Shown piece after piece: positions 56,583-64,000 of a stretch of 64,000 nucleotides of DNA. The stretch comes from Pseudomonas phage pPa_SNUABM_DT01. The stretch is from sequence record MW735835.1; one strand, written 5' to 3'. How positions within the stretch are numbered: the stretch's first letter is position 1; the number at the start of each line of letters is the position of its first letter. The position numbers and the translations under genes are program-made. The notes beneath the pieces are model-generated. The model ran no database searches. It was not told where the DNA came from and was given only the letters and a program-made list of their open reading frames with translations.

Positions 56583-57623
56583 TCACACCTTCAGAATCAG
56601 ATTGGTCTGTTGCGTTCGACCGGAGAGGTAACGCAGGGTGTTCTTGAGACCCCCACAGCGACCCTTCTGCCAAGGCAGTCGGTGACAGTCGCCCCCACAC
56701 AGATCAAACACGTCGCACGTAATGCACGTATCGCCCCAAGTCAGTTCTTTGGCTTGTTGCTCCACCCGGCCATCCGAAATAAGGAAAGCGTCGACACCAT
56801 CCTCCAAGCGTGCATGGTGCAGCTTAGCGGCAGCGTTAGGGCAACCAGACAAAGAACCGTCCGAGTTGATGGTCACCAGGTTCTGCTCGCAGTTGCGGCA
56901 GTTGGTGTCCACCTTGACGACGTTCTTCTTGAGCTTTTCCTCGAGGATGTCGAGGGTCTTGATGCGCACACGTGGCTTGCGTTCTTTGTAGCGCAGGTAC
57001 AGCGCAAGGTACCAGTTGTCCTGGTCCTCATTGTTAGGGAAGATCTCGGGGTTATCGACAGCACTGCCATCGTTGGTCAACCGTTCCAAGGACGCTTCAT
57101 CCACTGCAAAGCTGTCCAACTGGTCCATCAGCCAATCGGGCGACATGGCGATGAGTTGCTTGCTGACCGACACCTTGACATTGATGCCCACGCCGTGGGA
57201 CTTCAGGGTCTCGAGGTTCTTCTTCCATAGCTGGAACTGCTTGTCGTTGCTCCAGCGAATCCAGTGGTCCCAGCTGGTCCCAATGAATGCACCGAAGTAA
57301 TCCTTGATGAAGGCGATGTGCTCATCCGTCAACTTGAAGGTCAGGTTGCTGGCGGCACACATCGACACGTTCGGCAGATCCACGAAGTGATCAGCGAAAC
57401 GCTTGAGCTTTTCCAACGGGACCAGGAACGGTTCCCCACCATGGAACTCCATGTGGTAGTGCGTGCTCTTGGGGTACTTGGACATGAAGTCCTTCACCCA
57501 ATCGCTGACCTGGTCCGGATCGAACGGGGTCTTATCCCCGGCCTTGCCGTTGGTGAAACAATGCTGACAGTTCAGATTGCAAGTGCCCGTGGTCTTGACA
57601 TAGATGGTTTTGTAGGCGTTCAC
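56583..57623 (-). CDS. Radical SAM / SPASM-domain enzyme 6, 346 aa.
   Basis: VKTTGTCNLNCQHCFTNG; C-terminal CRNCEQN .. GCPN .. CITCDVFDLCGGDCH. Confidence 0.8.
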   Translation of the reverse strand: MNAYKTIYVKTTGTCNLNCQHCFTNGKAGDKTPFDPDQVSDWVKDFMSKYPKSTHYHMEFHGGEPFLVPLEKLKRFADHFVDLPNVSMCAASNLTFKLTDEHIAFIKDYFGAFIGTSWDHWIRWSNDKQFQLWKKNLETLKSHGVGINVKVSVSKQLIAMSPDWLMDQLDSFAVDEASLERLTNDGSAVDNPEIFPNNEDQDNWYLALYLRYKERKPRVRIKTLDILEEKLKKNVVKVDTNCRNCEQNLVTINSDGSLSGCPNAAAKLHHARLEDGVDAFLISDGRVEQQAKELTWGDTCITCDVFDLCGGDCHRLPWQKGRCGGLKNTLRYLSGRTQQTNLILKV

Positions 57624-58177
57624 AGCTTCGCTTCCAAAAAGAGTTCCAAGCCGAAACTAATCATCAGGGAACTGTCGACATTGATGGCCTGGTGAAGTTC
57701 ACCACGCGGAATATGGATGCTGTCCCCGGCAGTGAGTTCGATCTCGCCATCAGGGAACTTGAAAACTTTACGGCCTTCGACCATGTAGATGACGACGTCA
57801 TCTAGGTCTGTGTGCATCGGGAAGCTGACGCCCCCTTTCGGCGAAATGAAAAGATGAGCGCTCACTGGCCCCACGTGTCCGAAATGCGCAGCAAGCCGCG
57901 CACAGTTCTGGAACATGGTGGCATTGAGGCGCTCGATCCCTTCGATCTTGACCGGGCAATCGCTGTTCTCCAGGAAGTCAGACTGACTGTAGAGGTCGAA
58001 CGATTGCGCGTTCTTGATGTATTTCACCAGGCACTGCTCGTACAGATGCGGGCTTGACAGCAGAAGGTCCACATCGAGAAGCTCAGGAGTGATCCCCTCG
58101 AATTGAAAACCAAGACGTTCGAACATGTTCAAGCCCTCTCTGAAGTTGGTGTCTATAGGATTGCCTAGAAGGATCAA
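57620..58177 (-). CDS. Cupin / JmjC-like Fe(II)-oxygenase-fold protein, 185 aa.
   Basis: SFPMHTDLDDVVIYMVEGRKVF .. GDSIHIPRGELHQA (HxD .. H triad in a cupin-like spacing); ATGA-coupled on both sides. Confidence 0.55.
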   Translation of the reverse strand: MILLGNPIDTNFREGLNMFERLGFQFEGITPELLDVDLLLSSPHLYEQCLVKYIKNAQSFDLYSQSDFLENSDCPVKIEGIERLNATMFQNCARLAAHFGHVGPVSAHLFISPKGGVSFPMHTDLDDVVIYMVEGRKVFKFPDGEIELTAGDSIHIPRGELHQAINVDSSLMISFGLELFLEAKL

Positions 58178-59748
58178 TCCTGCCAGAGCGGCGGCCAGAC
58201 CTGCTGCCAGACACTGTTCACGGAGGCGTACAGACGGCCACCGGCGTTCAGCAGGGCAATGGTCGGATCGCTACCCAGGTTCGGGTCATTAGCCCCCGGA
58301 GCAGCGAAGCCGGTCCAGGTAGCCGGCCACAGTTGGCGCCAGGCACCAGAGATGTAACCTTGCAGGGTGCTACCCACTACACGAAGCGAGGTGTTCTGCG
58401 AGACGTTGATCTTCACATAACGCGAATCGTGGTCACCCGACTGCACGTGATCGTACATCCCGCCTGCGGTGAGCAGGTAGGCATCGGAGTTCAGCGTACG
58501 GGAACGAGTGATGGCGTTCGGCAGGTTGCCGAGGCCCACTTGTGCCTTGGTCGTTTGGTGCGGGTTGTTGAGGTTGGACACGTGGGAGTTGATCAGGTTA
58601 CCGGCGATTGCGTCGATGGCCTGCTTGGTCCGCAGAGGTGTCATGAACCGGTCATTGAGAACACCGGCTACCGCTTCGGCTTGGGTGGCGGTCTGGAAGT
58701 TGTCTACCAGGCCCAGGCCCACCTGTGCTTTCGTGGTGTTGTGCGGGTTGTTCTTATCGTTGACGTGGTTCTGGATGAGGGTACCGGCGTGGACCATGAT
58801 GGCCTGGTAAGTGCGCTGCGGCGTCATGAACGCGTTAGCAGCAGTACCGGCTTCGGCTTGAGCCTGGGTCGCTGTCGGGAAGTTGTCCACGCTACCGAGC
58901 CCGACTTGGGCCTTGGTGGTATTGTGGGGGTTGTTCTTGTCCGCGATGTGCGTGTCGACGGCTTCATTGGCCAGACGAGCAGCAAGCACTGCCACCAGAC
59001 TCGGGGTCATGTACTTGTTGTTCACGACACCGGCCAGCGCTTCTGCGTTGGTGGCGATACCGTAGTTCTCGACCGAACCCAACCCTACCTGCGCCTTGGT
59101 GGTGCGGTGTGGGTTGTTGAAGTCGTTCAGGTGCGCATCGACTTTGTCATCCAGAGCATCGATGTTCGCCTGGAGCTGGTCACGGATGAATTGCATCTGT
59201 TGACGCAGTTCGTCGTGAGACGCCTCATCACCCACCAGGATGGCATTGGTGATGCGTTCCAGCTGCCATACGACGTATTCCCAGCCATAGCTGTCGCCGA
59301 TGTCGTGGATGTGCGGAGCCGGCGGGTAAGCCGTCGGACGACCGATGATCGAACCCCACTTGATGGGGCGTTCATCGAGGTCCAGCTCAGCGATGAGGTC
59401 AGCCAGGGCACCCAGGTTCCAGGAGTACTCGCCACCGACGACTTGGTAGTCCATGCGGACTGCAACCGGGGCTTGTACCTTCAGAACGACGGCACACTGC
59501 ACGTCCTTGCCGCTGCGCAGAGAAGCTTGAGCGAATGGTTGAGCGAGCACGTAGTCGTCGACCGGAATCAACGGCTCACCGGTGTCGTCGTTGACCAGGA
59601 CCATGCTCTCAGTGTAGAACGGGCCAGCCTTGGGAACGAAGACCCGCTCGTTGTTGGCGGAGATCTCTCGGCGTTCCCCGACGATCTTGTTCGTCGGCGA
59701 GGTACCCTTGAGATCAAGAGGGTACTGAATGATCGGTGGTACTGGCAT
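58174..59748 (-). CDS. Tail fibre protein B, 524 aa, with about 3.5 tandem ~60-aa repeats (NNPHxTTKAQVGLGSVxNF..ATxAxAxAG..FMTP).
   Basis: Repeats at residues about 211-415. N-terminal domain YPLDLKGTSPTNKIVGE..FVPKAGPFYTESM is paralogous to the fibre A N-terminus. Confidence 0.7.
   Translation of the reverse strand: MPVPPIIQYPLDLKGTSPTNKIVGERREISANNERVFVPKAGPFYTESMVLVNDDTGEPLIPVDDYVLAQPFAQASLRSGKDVQCAVVLKVQAPVAVRMDYQVVGGEYSWNLGALADLIAELDLDERPIKWGSIIGRPTAYPPAPHIHDIGDSYGWEYVVWQLERITNAILVGDEASHDELRQQMQFIRDQLQANIDALDDKVDAHLNDFNNPHRTTKAQVGLGSVENYGIATNAEALAGVVNNKYMTPSLVAVLAARLANEAVDTHIADKNNPHNTTKAQVGLGSVDNFPTATQAQAEAGTAANAFMTPQRTYQAIMVHAGTLIQNHVNDKNNPHNTTKAQVGLGLVDNFQTATQAEAVAGVLNDRFMTPLRTKQAIDAIAGNLINSHVSNLNNPHQTTKAQVGLGNLPNAITRSRTLNSDAYLLTAGGMYDHVQSGDHDSRYVKINVSQNTSLRVVGSTLQGYISGAWRQLWPATWTGFAAPGANDPNLGSDPTIALLNAGGRLYASVNSVWQQVWPPLWQD
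58503..59118 (-). repeat. Coding tandem repeats (about 180-nt units) inside tail fibre B.
   Basis: Near-identical NNPHNTTKAQVGLG blocks; they also generate the spurious plus-strand ORFs at 58508..58810 and 58883..59065. Confidence 0.6.
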
Positions 59749-59816
59749 GGATTACTCCATTTCCTAAAAGGGGATCGAATAATGACACGCTCCGCCGAAA
59801 CGGAGCGTGTTCATGG

Positions 59817-62210
59817 TCAGGCGAACAGGTTGGTCATCGCGTTATCGATAACCGAGATCAGCCCATCGCAGAGCAGACCAATGTCGTTGTCCACCTTGGC
59901 CGCGGTCGATTTCGGAGTCATGTACAGGTTGGTCGCAGTGCCAGTTACAGCTTGAGCGTCAGTCGCCGTACCGTAGTTGTTGACGCTGCCGAGGCCCACC
60001 TGAGCCTTCGTCACTTGCATCGGGTTGTCCCGACGGGCAATGAAGGTTTGCAGGGCTTCGATATCTGCCGAACCGTCAGCGATGACTTCCGGGTACACGA
60101 TGCCAGCAGGTTCTACACGGATCAGATCCGCGACATCTTCCCACACGGGGTATTCAGCCCCAACGAACCGCTTGAAGGACAGTTCGGTGATGGTCAGACG
60201 GTTACGCGAACCGGTGGACTTCAGCCACACTTCCATGATCGCATCGGTACCGGTGCCCACAGCCAGCACACCGATCTCGATGGGCTTGTCGGCAGGCGAC
60301 AGATGCTTGACCGAGGCACCCTTGAGCACCATCAGGAACGGACCAGCGCCATCGATGTTGTCGTACACCGCACCGATCTCTACCAGCACCGTGTGGTGTT
60401 TGAAATCACCGAGGCTATCGTCGTCACGACCACCGCTGATCAACAGGGTCAGGTCAGCAGTCAGGTCTTCAGCAGTGTTGCTGAAATGACCCAGCTTGAC
60501 CCAGTTCGTTGGCGCCTGGACTTCGTTGCCCACGTCATCGAACAGCTGCGGCATCGGCGGTACATCCCACTGGATGGAACTGCCTTCCACGGCCGTGGCC
60601 ATGTCTGCCTTAACCTGAGCGTAGGTCTTGCCGTCGAACTTGCTGGTGTCGGCCGCTTTACCGGTCAGGATGTCGGTTTTGGCTTCGAGGTAGGTCTTAC
60701 CTTCGAACTTCAGCGCGTTACCCGCAGTCTGGGTGGCCAGCCAAGCGATCATCTCTGCCTGACTCATGCCGTAGACACGGTTGGAGTTGGCAGCGGTGTC
60801 GTTCAGCCCGATCTTGTCCTCGAGGAGGGTATCGATCTCTTGCTCGGTGTACGTGCCGACCTGTGCAGCGGTCACCCGGTGTGGGTTGGTGTAGTCGGTC
60901 ACGTGAGCATTGGAGCTGTCACCCACAAGTTCGTTGATCGCATAACGCACCTGGAGCGGGGTCATGTAACGATCGTTGGCAGTGGCTGCCCGAGACTCGG
61001 CTTCCGTAGCGATGCCGTAGTTCTGAACGAGGCCCAGACCTACTTGTGCTTTGGTAGTGCCGTGTGGGTTGTTGAAGTTGTTGACGTGATCGCTCACGCC
61101 CGAACCAACGGTCTGGCTCAGCACCAGCGCCAGCAGACGCGGGGTGATGATGCCGGAGTCATCCACGCCCGACAGGGCCGCAGAGTCACTGGCAACGGGG
61201 ATGTTCGGGACGTTACCCAGACCTACCTGAGCCTTGGTCGTTTGGTGCGGGTTGTTCTTATCGGCAACGTGAGCATCGAAGGCATTGCCAATGATGGCGA
61301 CGATGGCCTCACGGACACGAACCGGGGTCATGTAACGGGCAGCGGATGCACCGGCCTCGGCTTCTGCCTGAGTGGCGATCGCGTAGTTCTGCACGTTACC
61401 CAGGCCGACCTGAGTCTTGGTGACCTGGTGAGGATTGTTCATGTCGGCCATGTGCAGGTTGAGGTTTGCCTGCGCGGTCGCATCGATCAGCTGCTTGACG
61501 CGCAGCGGCGTCATGAAGCGATTGTTCGCTGTACCGGTGGTCGCTTCACCAACGGTAGCCGTCGGGAAGTTATCGACCAGACCCAGACCCACTTGGGCCT
61601 TGGTCACATCGTGCGGGTTACTCTTGTCCGCCAAGTGGTCAGCCAGGCCGCCAGCGTTCTTCATCAGAATCGCTTGTTCGATGTCACCCAGTTCGTCGAC
61701 CACTTCCGACATGCCGACGAAATCGTCGATATTGAAGTCGTGGTTGACCACCGGGAACTGATGCGGCAATTCGACGACCTGTTCCCAGGTGCCGATACGC
61801 GGGTTGAAGGCGACGTTGAGCAGCAGCTCGCTGTACTTCTGATCATCGAGCACCCACTCGCCGCCGATGTTCTGGTATTCCATCCGCAGCTGACCGGCCA
61901 AGTTGCGGTCATAGAACGTGATGGCACCGTAGACGGGCAGTCCAATGGTATGCGATGCGTGAGCGAAGTGGTAACCGAAGTTATAGTGCACGCCCTCTTC
62001 GAGGGCCTGACCTAGTGCCGGATTGTTGGTGTTGGCTCCAGCCGGATAGAGGCGGAGTTTAACGCTTTCGGCATAAAACGGGCCACTGCGCGGAATGATG
62101 TAATAATGGTCGAACATCCCACGAGATTGGATCTGTTGGGTTTCGACCACCTTATTCGTCGCCGCAGTCCCCGTCGGATCGAAAGGGTATTGTGGAAGGA
62201 CAGTACTCAT
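59817..62210 (-). CDS. Tail fibre protein A, 797 aa, with at least five tandem NNPHxxTKAQVGLGxVxNY..ATxAEAxAG..YMTP repeats plus one more near the C-terminus.
   Basis: Repeats at residues about 197-455 and about 720-760. Also has K(F)EGKTYLEAKTDIL / KFDGKTYAQVKADM elements like the other fibre-type proteins. Confidence 0.7.
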   Translation of the reverse strand: MSTVLPQYPFDPTGTAATNKVVETQQIQSRGMFDHYYIIPRSGPFYAESVKLRLYPAGANTNNPALGQALEEGVHYNFGYHFAHASHTIGLPVYGAITFYDRNLAGQLRMEYQNIGGEWVLDDQKYSELLLNVAFNPRIGTWEQVVELPHQFPVVNHDFNIDDFVGMSEVVDELGDIEQAILMKNAGGLADHLADKSNPHDVTKAQVGLGLVDNFPTATVGEATTGTANNRFMTPLRVKQLIDATAQANLNLHMADMNNPHQVTKTQVGLGNVQNYAIATQAEAEAGASAARYMTPVRVREAIVAIIGNAFDAHVADKNNPHQTTKAQVGLGNVPNIPVASDSAALSGVDDSGIITPRLLALVLSQTVGSGVSDHVNNFNNPHGTTKAQVGLGLVQNYGIATEAESRAATANDRYMTPLQVRYAINELVGDSSNAHVTDYTNPHRVTAAQVGTYTEQEIDTLLEDKIGLNDTAANSNRVYGMSQAEMIAWLATQTAGNALKFEGKTYLEAKTDILTGKAADTSKFDGKTYAQVKADMATAVEGSSIQWDVPPMPQLFDDVGNEVQAPTNWVKLGHFSNTAEDLTADLTLLISGGRDDDSLGDFKHHTVLVEIGAVYDNIDGAGPFLMVLKGASVKHLSPADKPIEIGVLAVGTGTDAIMEVWLKSTGSRNRLTITELSFKRFVGAEYPVWEDVADLIRVEPAGIVYPEVIADGSADIEALQTFIARRDNPMQVTKAQVGLGSVNNYGTATDAQAVTGTATNLYMTPKSTAAKVDNDIGLLCDGLISVIDNAMTNLFA
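60845..61622 (-). repeat. Coding tandem repeats inside tail fibre A.
   Basis: Five consecutive about 60-aa units beginning (N/S/T)NPH. Confidence 0.6.
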
Positions 62211-62322
62211 TTAAGCTCTCCGTGGGGGAACTCCATCGGTTTCAAATAGCCGCGTGGAAGGCCTCGAAATCTGAGTCATTCTTTAAAAACAAAGTCTGTT
62301 TAATATTGGATATCAAACAACT

Positions 62323-62339
62323 GGCATACCATTATCGTG
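62323..62339 (+). promoter_or_regulatory. Promoter-like motif GGCATACCATTATCGTG just upstream of the gene at 62353.
   Basis: Variant of the ATACAT(T)ATCG motif family in an AT-rich intergenic region. Confidence 0.3.
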
Positions 62340-62352
62340 GGAGACTCGATAA

Positions 62353-63654
62353 ATGTACGAATACCAAGGCGCTTTGGTCAAGCACCGTAAGCCTGACGTC
62401 CGCTTTGAAGAAAAGGACGTGAAGGATATCGCGGTCAAGACCCTCCTGCGTGATTATGCCGAGGTCTACCTCACCCTGACTCATCCGAGTCTGGAAGGGA
62501 AACACACCCTCGTGTTGACCGAAGTGGCAGACCGGACAGGCAGCCTTCTCGAAACCACCACCGTAGCGCAGTGGTTGGTCGATAACGGCAATCTGACCCT
62601 GCCCACGCACGAAGGAATCCCATTCACCAAGACCAGTGTCGTCATGGCGCGTGATGCCTGGATGGCAGGGTATCGGGTGGATCGCTGCATCCCCAATGGT
62701 TCTCCGTTCAACGACGCCATTGACTCGGACAAGACCGACATCTGGCTGACTCGCGACGACACCGACTACGTGGATGTCCAACGCCACTGCTTGGGCACAG
62801 TCAACGGCCTGTTCCACCGGGTGGATGCAGACAACGATGGCGTCTACCTGAAAGACGGCGGTATCACGTTCCGTAAAACCCAGAACGCGCTGGTCGGTCT
62901 GGTGAGTTTCAAGAACATCGGTCGAGTGCACACTGCCAGCATCACGCCGGACATGGTGTACAACCCCGACATCACCAAGCGTTACTCGGACAACTTCTAC
63001 CTGAAGGTCCCGTTCGACACCAGCAACAAGGTAATGGGCATCGTGATCGGTGGTTACCTGCATCTGCACACCAACGACATCCAAGTCATCGGCGGCAATG
63101 CGATGAAGGTACGCATGAACAAGATCCCGTTCCTGGATCGTTACATGGTTTCGCGCTACCTGATCGACCAGTCGTCTATGGAACGCTTCCACGAGGTGTC
63201 GGCCACCAACGAATTGGACTATGACCTGCAAGGGTTCCTGTCCAATGAATGCATGTTGGAACTGTTGACCCTGAGTCAGTCGTTCATCGTTGGTATCGAA
63301 GTGGATCATCTGACCACCAAGGTGTTCCAGACCTCGCGCACTCATCTGCCGGGTCGGTTCTACCATGACCAACGTCCCCTGCTGCCGCTGCGTACCCAAC
63401 TGGGCCTGATGCCCTCGTACATCAGTGAAGAAGAGAACGGTGTCTGGGTTATCCGGGTGGACAACAACCTGCAACAACACCGCTTCATGAACACCCGTGA
63501 TTACAGCCTCCAACCCAAGGTCGATGAGAAACGCATCTCCTCGGAACCGGAGACGCTGGCCCGCGGCGAACTCGTACAGTGGGCAACCCACACGGTCGAG
63601 ATCAAGGTTCCTGAAGTGCAAGTCCCGGCAGACATCCTGCCAATCGTGCCCTAA
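62353..63654 (+). CDS. Hypothetical virion / baseplate-like protein, 433 aa.
   Basis: Long ORF followed by a CATAGAG-family terminator. Confidence 0.5.
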   Translation: MYEYQGALVKHRKPDVRFEEKDVKDIAVKTLLRDYAEVYLTLTHPSLEGKHTLVLTEVADRTGSLLETTTVAQWLVDNGNLTLPTHEGIPFTKTSVVMARDAWMAGYRVDRCIPNGSPFNDAIDSDKTDIWLTRDDTDYVDVQRHCLGTVNGLFHRVDADNDGVYLKDGGITFRKTQNALVGLVSFKNIGRVHTASITPDMVYNPDITKRYSDNFYLKVPFDTSNKVMGIVIGGYLHLHTNDIQVIGGNAMKVRMNKIPFLDRYMVSRYLIDQSSMERFHEVSATNELDYDLQGFLSNECMLELLTLSQSFIVGIEVDHLTTKVFQTSRTHLPGRFYHDQRPLLPLRTQLGLMPSYISEEENGVWVIRVDNNLQQHRFMNTRDYSLQPKVDEKRISSEPETLARGELVQWATHTVEIKVPEVQVPADILPIVP

Positions 63655-63661
63655 CGGCAAA

Positions 63662-63686
63662 AGAGGAGGGCCAGTGGCCCTCCTCT
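63662..63686. terminator. Hairpin AGAGGAGGGCCAGTGGCCCTCCTCT followed by ATGCTGTC; between convergent genes.
   Basis: Palindrome; CATAGAG-family right arm (CTCTATGCTG). Confidence 0.5.
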
Positions 63687-63694
63687 ATGCTGTC

Positions 63695-63958
63695 TTACGG
63701 GATGTCCATATCACTGGAGCCTGTGGCTCCGTGGCCGCACGAGGCGACGCTTCCGACCCGAGTCACGGGAATGCCATTGATCGTCATCCAAGGACTTGCT
63801 GTGGAGATTACAGGGGCGTTGTGAGGGGGTTGTCCGTGGCCACTGACGCCATCACCCAGCAACGAGATGGGTTTACCGTTCCAGGTCCAATTGGGAGCGC
63901 CTGGTCCAGTGATCACAGCGCCAGCAGAGTCGGCTCCGACTAACGATACGATGCCCAT
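63695..63958 (-). CDS. PAAR-repeat protein (spike-tip sharpener), 87 aa.
   Basis: GDGVSGHGQPPH .. INGIPVTRVGSVASCGHGATGSS pattern (G-H-G .. INGxP..RVGD/S .. CGHG). Confidence 0.6.
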   Translation of the reverse strand: MGIVSLVGADSAGAVITGPGAPNWTWNGKPISLLGDGVSGHGQPPHNAPVISTASPWMTINGIPVTRVGSVASCGHGATGSSDMDIP

Positions 63959-64000
63959 CAGCTCATCCCTTTGAAGGTTGGCGTTACGAGAGTGGTGCCG

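Noticed and set aside
58508-59065. Plus-strand ORFs (58508..58810, 58883..59065) inside the fibre repeat region.
   Set aside because: Generated by the tandem coding repeats of tail fibre B on the minus strand; low-complexity Ala/Leu/Val/Trp composition.
1-64000. tRNA, rRNA and CRISPR arrays.
   Set aside because: Intergenic regions are all under 210 nt, and none contains a tRNA-like cloverleaf with a GTTC..A(N)CC T-arm that I could recognise. There are no direct-repeat / spacer arrays. The repeats seen are coding (fibre repeats, acidic tail) or terminator hairpins.

Overview
The window reads as a 64-kb segment of a large, GC-rich (roughly 55-60% by eye) virulent tailed phage. It probably comes from a jumbo or large myovirus of a Pseudomonas- or Ralstonia-like host: there is a 746-aa capsid-sized protein, a PAAR tip protein, a RuvC-like resolvase and a class Ia RNR. 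Genes are tightly packed in alternating strand blocks, and the blocks are separated by a recurring family of sequence-conserved stem-loop terminators. 

Content by region: 
- 1-8.6 kb: a tail-fibre / receptor-binding module. It has two tandem ~690-aa proteins with three LamG domains each, a single-domain LamG protein, and fibre proteins that share an N-terminal module. 
- 8.7-15.4 kb: a nucleotide-metabolism module with NrdB, NrdA, an N-terminally extended dCTP deaminase and a DHH-DHHA1 phosphoesterase. 
- 15.4-29.5 kb: hypothetical and virion-like proteins, including the putative 746-aa major capsid protein, an RGG/Gly-Ser-Arg-rich protein, and membrane proteins. 
- 29.5-35.7 kb: RuvC-like resolvase and minus-strand structural genes. 
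- 35.7-39.3 kb: a 1191-aa protein with an extremely acidic D/G/E repeat tail. 
- 39.4-40.0 kb: a Gly-rich protein. 
- 40.2-45.0 kb: an accessory array of about 12 small, mostly membrane-anchored ORFs on the plus strand with their own promoter-like motif. 
- 45.0-45.8 kb: an ATP-grasp protein. 

The most unusual content is a translationally coupled minus-strand late operon at 62.2 -> 45.9 kb. In transcription order it encodes: two paralogous tail fibres with tandem NNPHxTTKAQVGLG repeats; a cupin; six radical-SAM enzymes (CxxxCxxC), at least four with SPASM-like C-terminal Cys clusters; a 178-aa protein ending in CHTSCHTSCHS; two small ORFs; two 2OG-Fe(II)-oxygenase-like proteins; and the endolysin. 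This looks like a phage-encoded post-translational (RiPP-like or structural-protein) modification system. 

I found no rRNA, tRNA or CRISPR. CDS coordinates follow the supplied ORF track, with starts trimmed to the ATG that has an RBS where that was evident. Hairpin and motif coordinates were counted by hand and may be off by 1-2 nt.
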